Shown: positions 18,546-28,037, numbered from the stretch's first letter. The stretch is DNA of 64,000 nt from Deltaproteobacteria bacterium (GCA_034670305.1 JAXMNT010000033.1:20386-84385); one strand, 5' to 3'. Program-made: numbers and translations. Notes: a model not told the origin generated them from the letters alone.

Positions 18546-20666
18546 ATGCTCCTTGGCATGCCGCGCAAAATTTTTCTCTTGTCGACGATGCTCTGCTCCC
18601 AGCTGCTGGGCTGCGGACTCATCCAGTTCCACGGCAACGTCCGAGTACAAGGGCCCGCCATCGCGTCGGGCTCGGTCGTCGCCGAAACCGAAGAGGCCAA
18701 GCTCGAAGGGGAAGCCTCACCGGTGATCGCGTCGTCGCAGGCGATCGGAGTTCCTGGAATCGCTTCGGCCACCGTCGTGGTTCAGGGAGAGGCATCGGCG
18801 GGTGCCACGGTCCGGGTCGACCGCGATCCGTTCGTCGCATCGAACGCACACTCGGGCGGCGTCGATGTGTCCGTGTCCGGAAGCACGGGTGCAATCTGGG
18901 ACGACGACGCGAACGCTGATAACAGTGTCAGCGGCAGTGGCAGTGGCAGTGGCAGTGGCAGTGGCAGTGGCAGTGTCGGCGGCGGTAGTGGCAGCAGTGG
19001 CAGTGGCAGTGGCAGCGGCAGCGGCAGTGGCAGTGGCAGTGGCGGTGGCAGTGGCAGTGTCGGTGGCAGTGGCAGTGGCAGTGGCAGTGGCAGTGTCGGC
19101 GGCAGTGGCAGTGGCAGCGGCAGTGGCAGTGGCAGCGGCAGCGGCAGTGTCGGCGGCAGCGGCAGCGGCAGCGGCAGCGGCAGTGTCAGCGGCAGTGTTG
19201 GCGGCGATGTGCTCGTCGCGGATGCCAACGGGCGAATCGACGTGGTCTTGGCCGATCCGGTCTTCGACGGCAGCGTGGGCATCGCACCCGAGTTCCTCGG
19301 CGGCGGAACCGGCGTGCGCGGGATCGGTGGCAACGGGCGGGCGCACCTGCGCGGCTTGATGACCGGCGGCCTCAACGTCGATGGCTACCGGGTGCGGCTC
19401 GGCGATCTCGGTCCACTCGGGGTGGCAGCGGATGGCGACGCAGATCTCGGCGGCGCCATCGACGCCGGCGCCGGACTCGAAGCGCGCGCCGAGCTCTCCC
19501 ACGCCGTGCCCGCGTCGGGCGGCTCCACCGATCTGGTCGTGCACGTGCGGGGCAACGCCGCCACCGAGACGGCGCGTCCGCGGATCCGGGTGCACCTCGT
19601 CATCGATCGCAGCTCCTCGATGCACAGCAACTGGGTCGATGTCGTCGCGGCAGCGCGCCTGCTGGTCGGTCAGCTTCGGCCCGACGACATGATTCAGATC
19701 GTGGCCTACGGCGGCGACGCGGAAGAGGTGCTCTCGACCGTGCGCGTGGGCGACGGCAGTGCGGCCCGCCGCGCGCTCGGCCGCATCAACGTCGGCGGCG
19801 GCACCAACATCGAAGCCGGCCTGCGCATCGCGTACGGGGCCGCCGTCTCGACCCGGCGCAGCCCGACCGAACGCCCGGTGGTCATCCTGCTGAGCGACGG
19901 CGTCCCGAACGCGGGCGCCTTCGACGTCGCCGAGCTCGGACCGCTCGCGGCCGAAGCGCACGCCTCGGGCTGCGCGACCACCGTGGTGGGGCTCGGCAAC
20001 CAGTTCGACGGCGCGCTCCTGCGCGGCATCGCCGACGCCGGCCGCGGCAGTTACCACATCGCGCGGGACGGCGCGGATCTCAGCGCCGTGTTGCGTGCGG
20101 AGCTGAGCGCCCGCGTTCGCATCGCCGCGCGCGACGTCGGCGTGCAGGTCGCGCTGCCGGACGGGGTCGAACTCCTCGGCGCGCTGCCCGACGGCCTCAT
20201 CCGCACCGAGGGCGGCGTCGCCCTCGCGGCCGCCGATCTGAGCGCGGGTGAAGAACGCCGCGTGCGCATCAAGATCCGCGTCCGCGCGAACGTGCGCGTC
20301 GTGGCCCGCGTGCAGGTCGGGTGGAAGTCCGCCGCCGGCGCGTCGCTGCACGCTGAACGGTCGATCGGCGCCACCGCCGCCTCCCTGGCCGCACGCTTCG
20401 CCGTCGCCGACGCCCACCTCGGCGCAGCCCTCGACGCCGCAAGCCAGCACGTGCTCAACGGCCGCGCCGAACAGGCCGCCTCCGTCCTCCGCGCCCACGT
20501 GAACGGCCCCGGCCGCGCCCGCGTCTCCGGCCGCCTCCAGATCCGAACCCAGCAAGTCGGCCGCATGGCCACCGCGCTCGAATCCCTCGTCGCCCCCGCC
20601 ACCCACACCGAACGCCGCGAAGTCTCCCTCGCCATGGGCGCCCTCGCCGCCCGCCTCCTGAGGTAG
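18546..20666 (+). CDS. vWA-domain putative lipoprotein with Gly-Ser linker
   Basis: LLGC lipobox-like; MIDAS DRSSSM, GGTNI, LLSDG. Confidence 0.85.
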   Translation: MLLGMPRKIFLLSTMLCSQLLGCGLIQFHGNVRVQGPAIASGSVVAETEEAKLEGEASPVIASSQAIGVPGIASATVVVQGEASAGATVRVDRDPFVASNAHSGGVDVSVSGSTGAIWDDDANADNSVSGSGSGSGSGSGSGSVGGGSGSSGSGSGSGSGSGSGSGGGSGSVGGSGSGSGSGSVGGSGSGSGSGSGSGSGSVGGSGSGSGSGSVSGSVGGDVLVADANGRIDVVLADPVFDGSVGIAPEFLGGGTGVRGIGGNGRAHLRGLMTGGLNVDGYRVRLGDLGPLGVAADGDADLGGAIDAGAGLEARAELSHAVPASGGSTDLVVHVRGNAATETARPRIRVHLVIDRSSSMHSNWVDVVAAARLLVGQLRPDDMIQIVAYGGDAEEVLSTVRVGDGSAARRALGRINVGGGTNIEAGLRIAYGAAVSTRRSPTERPVVILLSDGVPNAGAFDVAELGPLAAEAHASGCATTVVGLGNQFDGALLRGIADAGRGSYHIARDGADLSAVLRAELSARVRIAARDVGVQVALPDGVELLGALPDGLIRTEGGVALAAADLSAGEERRVRIKIRVRANVRVVARVQVGWKSAAGASLHAERSIGATAASLAARFAVADAHLGAALDAASQHVLNGRAEQAASVLRAHVNGPGRARVSGRLQIRTQQVGRMATALESLVAPATHTERREVSLAMGALAARLLR
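18924..19198 (+). repeat. (GGCAGT/GGCAGC)n Gly-Ser repeat
   Basis: Directly visible. Confidence 0.9.
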
Positions 20667-20851
20667 GGGGCACGGGCACGGGCACGGGCACCGCGCACCC
20701 GCTCCTTCGGAGTCGGAGTCGGCTTCGGCTTCGGATTCGGCTTCGGCTTCGGCTTCGGCTTCGGATTCGGCTTCGGCGTCGGCTTCGGCTTCGGAATCGG
20801 CGTCGGCGTCGGCTGCGGGCACGGGCACGGGCACGGGCACGGGCAAGGGGG
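20667..20851. repeat. Intergenic composite repeat (GGGCAC)n-(TCGGMT)n-(GGGCAC)n
   Basis: Begins immediately after the TAG stop of the vWA gene. Confidence 0.9.
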
Positions 20852-20894
20852 GCTCGCTTCCGCGAGCCCGGCCATTTGTGTCAGCCTCTCCTCC

Positions 20895-21959
20895 ATGGCC
20901 TCGAAAGCACTCCAGCAGAAACTGAGCGTGGCGGTCGCCCGCACGGTCCTCTCTCTCCCGCCGCGGCTCGCGAAACGTTTCGCCCGTCCGCCGGTGCGCA
21001 CACAGGGACAGACCCTCGATCCGCACCTCCAGATCCTGCTCAAGCTCGGACAGTCCGCGCCCGACGGGTTCGAACGCTCGGAGAGCGTGGCCGCGGCGCG
21101 CACCTACTACGAGGGTGTGGCCAAGTTGGAAGCGCCGGTTCCCGCGTGCACGAGCCGCGACATGCACCTCGACGTCAACGGAACGAAGCTGCCCATCCGC
21201 ACCTACCGCGCGCCATCGACGCCGGCACAGAACGCGTCGTGCGTGGTCTACTTTCACGGCGGCGGGTTCGTCATCGGCAGCCTGGATACGCACGAGAACA
21301 CCTGCCGCCGCATCGCGCATCGCACCGGCGCGGTCGTGGTGTCCGTCGACTACCGGCTCGGACCCGAACACGTCTTTCCCACCGGCCACGAAGACGCGCG
21401 CGCCGCGACCGAGTGGGTCCTCGAAAACGCAGCGTCGCTCGGCGTGGACCCGCAGCGCGTCGCAGTGGCCGGCGACAGCGCCGGAGGCAACCTCGCCGCA
21501 TCGGTGAGTCAGCAGGTGGCCGGCCTGAAGTTCGCGCTGCTGATCTACCCGACGACGGACCAGACCGTGCGCGTGGAGTCCCGCTCGCTCTTCGGCCAGG
21601 GGTTCGCGCTGGACGAGACGAGCGCCGACTGGTGTTTCAGTCTCTACCAACCGGAGGGATCGGACCCGCGCATCAGTCCACGCGTCGGCGATTTCTCGCG
21701 GGTACCGCCCACGCACATCGCCATTGCCGGCTTCGACATTCTTCGCGACGAGGCGCTCGAGTACGCAGAAGCGCTGGAAGCGGCCGGCGTGCCGGTCACC
21801 CGGACCTTGCATGCGTCGATGGTCCACGGCTTCATTCACATGACCCGCACCAAGTCGGCACGGGACGCCACGAACGACGCCATCGACATGCTTCGCCGCG
21901 GACTCGACGCGCCTGCACACACGAGTCCCTCGGCCTCGGGCCCCCGCGCCCATGCGTGA
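20895..21959 (+). CDS. Alpha/beta hydrolase (HSL-family esterase/lipase)
   Basis: HGGGF, DYRL, GDSAGG, DILRD, HGF. Confidence 0.95.
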   Translation: MASKALQQKLSVAVARTVLSLPPRLAKRFARPPVRTQGQTLDPHLQILLKLGQSAPDGFERSESVAAARTYYEGVAKLEAPVPACTSRDMHLDVNGTKLPIRTYRAPSTPAQNASCVVYFHGGGFVIGSLDTHENTCRRIAHRTGAVVVSVDYRLGPEHVFPTGHEDARAATEWVLENAASLGVDPQRVAVAGDSAGGNLAASVSQQVAGLKFALLIYPTTDQTVRVESRSLFGQGFALDETSADWCFSLYQPEGSDPRISPRVGDFSRVPPTHIAIAGFDILRDEALEYAEALEAAGVPVTRTLHASMVHGFIHMTRTKSARDATNDAIDMLRRGLDAPAHTSPSASGPRAHA

Positions 21960-22770
21960 AGGTCGGCCGAGCCTGACCGCGGTGCTGGTCTCCGCGGCAC
22001 GCTCGGTGGGCCCAGCGCGGCAGGACGAGCTCGCGCCTTCGTTGCTTCCCCCGCTGGTCGGTCGCGTACTCGGCGGGCTGGCGCGACACCGCGCCACCCG
22101 GGCGCTGGTTCGGGCAGCCAGCCTCGGCATGGTCGACCATCTCGCCCTGCGCACCGCAGCCATCGACCGGGTCGTCCGGCATGGGGTCGAAGATGGCGCG
22201 ACCCAGGTCGTGATCTTGGGTGCGGGGCTCGACACCCGCGCCTGGAGACTTGGCCTTCGCGACGTTCGGGTCTTCGAAGTCGATCACCCCGACACGCAGC
22301 AGCGCAAACGCAGGCTCGCGCCGAGCGACGGCGCGCCGGACTACGTGAGCGTGGACTTCGGCAAGGAGCGGGTTGGCGACGCGCTCGACGCAGCACCTTC
22401 GTTCGACCCGAGCGCTCGCACCGTATGGGTCTGGGAAGGGGTGACGATGTACCTGCCCCCGGTCGCGGTCGCCGAGACGTTGGCTCAAGTCGCCGACCGC
22501 AGCGCCGTCGGCAGCACCCTCGCGATGACCTACCTCTCCACCGCTGGGGTGCCGGTTCCGAAGCTCGTCGATGCGGCGTTCGATGGACTCTTCGGCGAGG
22601 CGCTCGAGTCGCGCTACACGCCCGCCGACGTTCAACGGCTCCTGGCCGCGCACCAGTTCGAGGTGACCGAGGACCACAACTCCAACGGGTGGGACCGCGA
22701 TTGGGGAGGGAACCCGCGGCTGGCCGGTATCCTGAGGGCAGAACGACTGGTGGTCGGGGTACGGACGTAG
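21952..22770 (+). CDS. Class I SAM-dependent methyltransferase (leucine carboxyl methyltransferase-like)
   Basis: LRT..ID, QVVILGAGLDTRA, EVDHP, WEGVTMYL. Confidence 0.92.
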   Translation: MREGRPSLTAVLVSAARSVGPARQDELAPSLLPPLVGRVLGGLARHRATRALVRAASLGMVDHLALRTAAIDRVVRHGVEDGATQVVILGAGLDTRAWRLGLRDVRVFEVDHPDTQQRKRRLAPSDGAPDYVSVDFGKERVGDALDAAPSFDPSARTVWVWEGVTMYLPPVAVAETLAQVADRSAVGSTLAMTYLSTAGVPVPKLVDAAFDGLFGEALESRYTPADVQRLLAAHQFEVTEDHNSNGWDRDWGGNPRLAGILRAERLVVGVRT

Positions 22771-22880
22771 ATGTGCCCGTGTGCCAGCCCGCACCGCCTG
22801 TGAAGGATTGGATACGGTCCGCCACGAAGTCGCCCCTCCTTTGTCCCTGGTTTTCCGGCACAAGCCCCGTCTCACGCCCT

Positions 22881-22896
22881 CGGCACGCGCCTTGCT
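22881..22896 (+). promoter_or_regulatory. Sigma-54 (-24/-12) promoter
   Basis: CGGCACG-CGCC-TTGCT with exactly 10 nt between GG and GC, about 35 nt upstream of ATG 22931. Confidence 0.65.
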
Positions 22897-22930
22897 CTAC
22901 TCGGGCCATCTCACCCACGGAGTTCCTCCC

Positions 22931-23491
22931 ATGACGCCCGCCTCCTTCGCCCCTTTCTCCTCGGTCCTGCTCGCCGCCGCCCTCTGCTTCTCGAGCGGAT
23001 GTCTCTTTCCCGACTTCTTCGACGTGGGCGACGACGACTATTCCGGTTACGGGAACGAGCTCGAGACGAGCAACCCCTCACTGCAGGGAGAACTCGGGGA
23101 ACGTGAGTTCGCCGGCGAACGCGCCCGGGTGACCGAGAGCTACTCGTTCACCAACCAGACGAGCATCGAGATCCACGTCTCGAACCGCGGCGGGGCGGCC
23201 ATGAACGTGCTCAACCTGAACGTCTCGGTGGAGGACATCGAAGTCGGCGACATCTACGAGAACAACGTGGGCGACTACGATGCGGACGTGGACATCCTCG
23301 GGTGTGCGGGTCCCTCCGAAGGCAACTGGGACTTCGACAGCTACGCCGACCAGATCACGGTGACCGTGCACGAAGGCAGCACGCCCGACTCGGTCGTGCT
23401 CGTGTACGAAGCCCGATGGGACGCAGACTTCGGAGACTCGTCCTCGGAGATTCAGGGCAGCGTCGAGGTCAACCGCGGCACCACCCGCTGA
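22931..23491 (+). CDS. Acidic putative lipoprotein, unknown function
   Basis: Hydrophobic signal with SSGC lipobox; preceded by a sigma-54 motif and followed by a terminator. Confidence 0.75.
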   Translation: MTPASFAPFSSVLLAAALCFSSGCLFPDFFDVGDDDYSGYGNELETSNPSLQGELGEREFAGERARVTESYSFTNQTSIEIHVSNRGGAAMNVLNLNVSVEDIEVGDIYENNVGDYDADVDILGCAGPSEGNWDFDSYADQITVTVHEGSTPDSVVLVYEARWDADFGDSSSEIQGSVEVNRGTTR

Positions 23492-23514
23492 GCGTTCGGC
23501 AACCAGGTGAGTCG

Positions 23515-23545
23515 AGGCCGGCGTCCGAAAGACGTCGGCCTTTTT
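23515..23545 (+). terminator. Rho-independent terminator
   Basis: AGGCCGGCGTC-cgaaa-GACGTCGGCCT followed by a T run. Confidence 0.8.
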
Positions 23546-23576
23546 CGTTCGCCTTGGCGTGGCGTACCATCGCCGC

Positions 23577-24323
23577 ATGAACAAGACCGCCGCTGCGAAC
23601 CCGCCCAAGAAGGCACCCGCTCGGAAGAAGGGGCCCGCCCAAAAGGCGCCGGCCCGGAAGAAGGGCCCGCCCAAGAAGGCACCCGCTCGGAAGAAGGGCC
23701 CGGCTGTGAAGGCCCCCGCCAAGAAGAAAGCCCCCGCCAAGAAGAAGGCCCCCGCCAAGAAGAAGGCCCCCGCCAAGAAGAAAGCCCCCGCCAAGAAGAA
23801 AGCCCCCGCCAAGAAGAAGGCCCCCGCCAAGAAGAAGGCCCCCGCCAAGAAGAAAGCCCCCGCCAAGAAGACGGCCCCCGCCAAGAAGAAGGCCCCCGCC
23901 AAGAAGAAAGCCCCCGCCAAGAAGACGGCCCCCGCCAAGAAGAAAGCCCCCGCCAAGAAGAAGGCCAAGAGCCCGCTTCCGGCCGTGGCGGAAGCGCTCC
24001 TCGTGCGGGTGCGGACGCTCGTGAAACGGCGCAAAGGGCTGTTCGAAGAGCGCCGCATGTTCGGTGGCGTGGCGTTCCTCTTTCACGGGCACATGACCGT
24101 CGGAGTCAGCGGCAAACACCCTCGGCAGATGACCGTGCGGGTGGGCAAAGACGGGCACGCCGACGCGCTCGCACAGCCGCACGCCACCCCCATGACGTTC
24201 ACTGGCCGCACGATGAAGGGATTCGTCTTCGTCGATCAGAAAGGGCTGACCTCGGACGCGGCGCTCCAAGCCTGGTTCGACCGGTCGCTCGCGCACGCCC
24301 GCACGCTTCCGCCCAAGTACTGA
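23577..24323 (+). CDS. Histone H1-like (KKKAPA)n region fused to a TfoX/Sxy N-terminal-like domain
   Basis: About 14 18-nt repeats (23712-23963); C-terminal ERRMFGG..F...G.M, M.FTGR.MKGFVFV, L..W....LPPK. Confidence 0.85.
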   Translation: MNKTAAANPPKKAPARKKGPAQKAPARKKGPPKKAPARKKGPAVKAPAKKKAPAKKKAPAKKKAPAKKKAPAKKKAPAKKKAPAKKKAPAKKKAPAKKTAPAKKKAPAKKKAPAKKTAPAKKKAPAKKKAKSPLPAVAEALLVRVRTLVKRRKGLFEERRMFGGVAFLFHGHMTVGVSGKHPRQMTVRVGKDGHADALAQPHATPMTFTGRTMKGFVFVDQKGLTSDAALQAWFDRSLAHARTLPPKY

Positions 24324-24375
24324 TCGCGCCACGGCGCTCAGGGCGCGCCGGAACGGGTCTGGTAGACTGAGAAAA

Positions 24376-25434
24376 ATGGGCCCGATCGACGCACGCGTGA
24401 TCCGCGAGAGCCTGGGACGCTGGGGCGACGTGACCGACGCGCTCTGCGCGGTGCTCCGTGACTCCGACACGCGATCCGATGCCCTCGAAGCATCCGTCCG
24501 CCACCGAGCCGGGGCGTTCGTCGGCCACCGCATGATGATCGAAGGGGTCGACGCCGCGACGGCGCTGGCGGTCCTGAACGTACTCGGGTTCGACCTGCAG
24601 GAGTCGCCCTTCGCCGAACGGGTGGCGCGGGCGCCGGAGCTCCTGGCGATCGCCGGCTGGGATGCGGGCGGAGCGGAACTGGTCGGCAAGCTCTACCTCA
24701 ACGGGTCGGACGCGTCGGCTGCGGTCCGCGCCGAGCTCGCTCGGGCGTTCGGCTTGCCGGCCGAGGCCGGCGCGCCGCACCTCATCGGGTTCAACCTCCT
24801 CCGCGGCGGGACGGGCCTCGCCATCGAAACCAAAATCTACGACCAGTGGGCGTCCCTGGCGGAGTGTGCGGACGACGACGTCCCGCCCTTCCTCGCGGAC
24901 TGGCTCGGTGCGGCCGTGCCCGCGGGCCTCGTGCGGTCTCGCGTCGTCGACGACGGCAAGATCTCCACCAAGGCATGGTTCGTCGCACCGCGCGCGAACG
25001 ACGTCGCGGAGATCCTGACGCGGGTTTCAGGGTTCGATGGGGACCGGGCGCGCACCTGCGTCCCGTTCAAGACCGGCGTCTTGAAGAGCATCGGAGGTCC
25101 GCCGGACGGGTCGAGCTGGACCCTCTACTTCAAACCCGAGGGCGCCGGCGACGCCCCCCACGCCCTCGATCCGGTGGCGTGTTTCGGGACCGAAGAGGGT
25201 GAGGTCGGGCTCTACGTCGCGCCGAACGAAGGCACGCCCCGAGCGTATGTGCGGACCGCCCACCACGCGCTCTCCTATCGAGTCCGCGAAGGACAGCCCG
25301 CGTCCGGGGAGATCGAGGCGTTGATGACTTGGGCGGAAACACGCGTCCGGGCGTGCGAAGAAACCTCTCCCGTGGAACTGTCCGCCATCGACCTCCGCCA
25401 ACCCCCAGCGCCCTGGTGCCCCCGTGACCACTGA
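24376..25434 (+). CDS. Hypothetical protein (possible PT-barrel-like fold) with the shared C-terminal module
   Basis: Long ORF overlapping the next gene; recurring G[FW][DN]..K[LI]Y segments. Confidence 0.7.
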   Translation: MGPIDARVIRESLGRWGDVTDALCAVLRDSDTRSDALEASVRHRAGAFVGHRMMIEGVDAATALAVLNVLGFDLQESPFAERVARAPELLAIAGWDAGGAELVGKLYLNGSDASAAVRAELARAFGLPAEAGAPHLIGFNLLRGGTGLAIETKIYDQWASLAECADDDVPPFLADWLGAAVPAGLVRSRVVDDGKISTKAWFVAPRANDVAEILTRVSGFDGDRARTCVPFKTGVLKSIGGPPDGSSWTLYFKPEGAGDAPHALDPVACFGTEEGEVGLYVAPNEGTPRAYVRTAHHALSYRVREGQPASGEIEALMTWAETRVRACEETSPVELSAIDLRQPPAPWCPRDH

Positions 25435-26302
25435 ACCGGCCTCCGAAGCGCCGCTCCTTCCCGCCGGGCCGGCCGACCGCCACTTCGACTACTGCCTCCA
25501 ACCGTATCGGCCGAGGACCACGACGCGTGGCAAGGCGCGTTCAGAGAACCTGCTGTGGCATGCGCTGGACGCCTGCGGCCTGTCCGCGGCGAGGCCCGCA
25601 CTGCATGCACTTCAGGACGCGCTCGGCCGCGACATGACCGTGTGGGGATGGAAGTTCGACGGAAAACAGAACTGGGTCGAGCTCTACTTCTACGACCCGC
25701 AGAAGGAAGATGTGCGGGCGAGCGTGCCTGGCCTCAAGGAGATCCTCGCACCGCATCTCGCGCTCACCCCCGAGGTCCCGGACTGGGTGCGCTACATGAT
25801 GGTCAGCTTCGATCTGAAGCCCGAGACGTTCGAGACCGGCGTCGTCGACGAGGTCAACCTGTACCTCACCGGCACCGACGAACACGCCGGGCGTTCCTAC
25901 CGCGTGCGCGGGGGCGAAGCGCGGCTCGACAACACCTACCGATTCTTGCCGCCCAAACAAGAGATCGACACGGTGCTCTCGCTCCTGCAGAGCAGCATGT
26001 TCATCGACTACGACACCTCGCCGACGGTGCTCTCGAAAGTGTTGATACCCAACCTCTTCGCCTGCAAGCGCATCTGCATCGCGAAGAAGCAGCAGAGCGA
26101 CGGGGTCTACTACTCGGGCATCGACATCGACCAGCTGCTCTGGTTTCTGAAGGCGTTCCACTACCCCGCGCCGATCCAGGCGTTTGTGCGCCGACACAAG
26201 GTGCGGTTCGAACACCTCTTCTTCGACGTCGGGATCGACACGCGCCAGCACCCGGACAAACGCATCCACTATCCGAAATCCAGCTTCTACGGGACGCTCT
26301 GA
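25424..26302 (+). CDS. Hypothetical protein, aromatic-rich
   Basis: Protein-like composition, GC3-biased codons, overlaps the upstream gene. Confidence 0.75.
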   Translation: MTTEPASEAPLLPAGPADRHFDYCLQPYRPRTTTRGKARSENLLWHALDACGLSAARPALHALQDALGRDMTVWGWKFDGKQNWVELYFYDPQKEDVRASVPGLKEILAPHLALTPEVPDWVRYMMVSFDLKPETFETGVVDEVNLYLTGTDEHAGRSYRVRGGEARLDNTYRFLPPKQEIDTVLSLLQSSMFIDYDTSPTVLSKVLIPNLFACKRICIAKKQQSDGVYYSGIDIDQLLWFLKAFHYPAPIQAFVRRHKVRFEHLFFDVGIDTRQHPDKRIHYPKSSFYGTL

Positions 26303-26345
26303 TGCGCCCTTTGGAATCAGACACCCGTGTTCAGGCGGTGTTCTA

Positions 26346-27680
26346 GTGCAGAGCTACAAAGGCCGCTTCGATCCCACCCGCTTCGAAGACCTGACCGTCA
26401 CGATCGACTTCCGCTGTCACAGCGCGTGTCGGTTCTGCATCGTGCAGGAGGGCATGAACTACTTCAAAGGCGTCCCGCTCGAGCGGTTTCGAGCGGTCGT
26501 CGCGGACAATACGAAGGCGCCGCGCTACCGGCGGGTGACCTTCACCGGCGGCGAGGTGAGCCTCGACAAGAGCCTGTTCGACTACCTCGCGGTGGCCCGC
26601 GAATCGGGCAGCTTCGACCACATCCGGATCCAGACGAACGGCCGGCCGATGGCCGACGAAGCGTTCACGCAGAAGCTCATCGATGCGGGCGTCGATGAGT
26701 TCTTCGTCTCGCTGCATGGCGCCGACGCGAAGACGCAGGACTACATCTCGCAGCGCGAGGGGTCCTTCGACGAAGCGATGCGCGGGCTGGCCAACCTCCG
26801 CAAACACGACGTCGTCGTGATGACGAACACGGTGCTCACGACGTTGAACGCGCATCAGCTTCCGGAGATCGTCGAAACGGTTCGCCACATCGCGCCGACC
26901 CGCATGGAGTTCTGGTACTACCTGCCGATGGAGGACTTCGGGGACGAGCGCGGGCTCCTCCCGACGATGGACGTGCTCATTCCTCCCCTGAAAGCCGCCA
27001 TCGGCAAGGCCAAGGCATACGGCTTCGGGGTGGCGGTGAAATACGTGCCGCAGTGCCTCCTCGGAGAACACGGCGACGTCGTCGACAACACCCAGCCGGA
27101 CGTGGTGATCGTCGAAGACTTCTACGACGTCTACCCGCAGTTCGCGTGCCTCTACGAAGCCAAGTGCGAACACAGCGAGACCTGCCTCGGGCTGCACTAC
27201 CCCTACATCGAAAAGTACGGCTGGGAGAAGGACGCCCTGACCCCGGTGGCGCGCACGACGCCCTGGCGGGAGCCGGAGTACGGCCTCTCCCTGCCCTCCG
27301 ACGATCCCGGAGGCCAGGAAACCGAGCGCACCGATCAGCCCACGTGGCGCCACCTCGTCGAAGGCGTCGCCGAAGCACACGACATGGTGCTGGCGTCGGT
27401 GGTGCTCGACCGGCGCCGGTGCATCTACCGGTTCGAGTCCCCGGACTCGGAGACCAGCGTCGACCTCGTGCTCACCGCACGCAGCATGGAGCGCAAAGCG
27501 CTCGCGCGTTCGGCCTCGTTCAACATGCACTACCGGAACGTCTTCGGGGATCCCTCCTCGCTTCAGACGGTGCTCCGCGCAGCGATCGACCAGATCCGCG
27601 CCCGCGACAGCGGCGAACTCATGCTCGACGAACGCAAGGGGCTCGTCGGCCCGGACGCGTTCCGCCGCCCCCGCAAGTAG
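26346..27680 (+). CDS. Radical SAM protein (HxsC-like), start probably GTG 26346
   Basis: CHSACRFC (CxxxCxxC), TFTGGE, IQTNG, VSLHG; C-terminal Cys cluster CLYEAKCEHSETCLG. Confidence 0.9.
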   Translation: MQSYKGRFDPTRFEDLTVTIDFRCHSACRFCIVQEGMNYFKGVPLERFRAVVADNTKAPRYRRVTFTGGEVSLDKSLFDYLAVARESGSFDHIRIQTNGRPMADEAFTQKLIDAGVDEFFVSLHGADAKTQDYISQREGSFDEAMRGLANLRKHDVVVMTNTVLTTLNAHQLPEIVETVRHIAPTRMEFWYYLPMEDFGDERGLLPTMDVLIPPLKAAIGKAKAYGFGVAVKYVPQCLLGEHGDVVDNTQPDVVIVEDFYDVYPQFACLYEAKCEHSETCLGLHYPYIEKYGWEKDALTPVARTTPWREPEYGLSLPSDDPGGQETERTDQPTWRHLVEGVAEAHDMVLASVVLDRRRCIYRFESPDSETSVDLVLTARSMERKALARSASFNMHYRNVFGDPSSLQTVLRAAIDQIRARDSGELMLDERKGLVGPDAFRRPRK

Positions 27681-27726
27681 CGGAGGAGGCGGCGGTTCGG
27701 CCAAGACCGACCGCGGCGAGCTGCTG

Positions 27727-28037
27727 GTAGCAGGTCGCTGAAAAGCGACCTGCTCCCTTGCCGTTGCCCGTGCCCTTGCCCGCGTCGTGGACGCCGTGTG
27801 TTTCGCGACGGCGAGGCCGCGAATCGGAGCCCGATGCCCAGCGGACGAAGCCGCCGGGCATCGGTCGGTGCTACGCGGCGCAGCTCCGCAGCCGCGCGAC
27901 GCGAGCAGGTCGTCGCGATGCTCGTCGCGCTGATCAAGCGATCTGACCGCTGGTCCGCGGGCAAGGGCAAAGGCAAGGGCAGGGGCAAGGGGCAGGCTGC
28001 GAGAACGCCCTGCGGGCGTTCTTCAGCAGCCTGCTAG
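27727..28037. mobile_element. Non-autonomous structured element (MITE or REPIN-like)
   Basis: Inverted ends TAGCAGGTCGCTGAA / TAGCAGGCTGCTGAA, a hairpin at each end, inner (CCCTTG)n/(CAAGGG)n arms; second copy at 63877-64000. Confidence 0.75.

Noticed and set aside
27798-28037. 79-aa ORF in the element as an intact gene or part of a diversity-generating retroelement
   Set aside because: At most a one-helix remnant; no reverse transcriptase or template/variable repeat pair in the window
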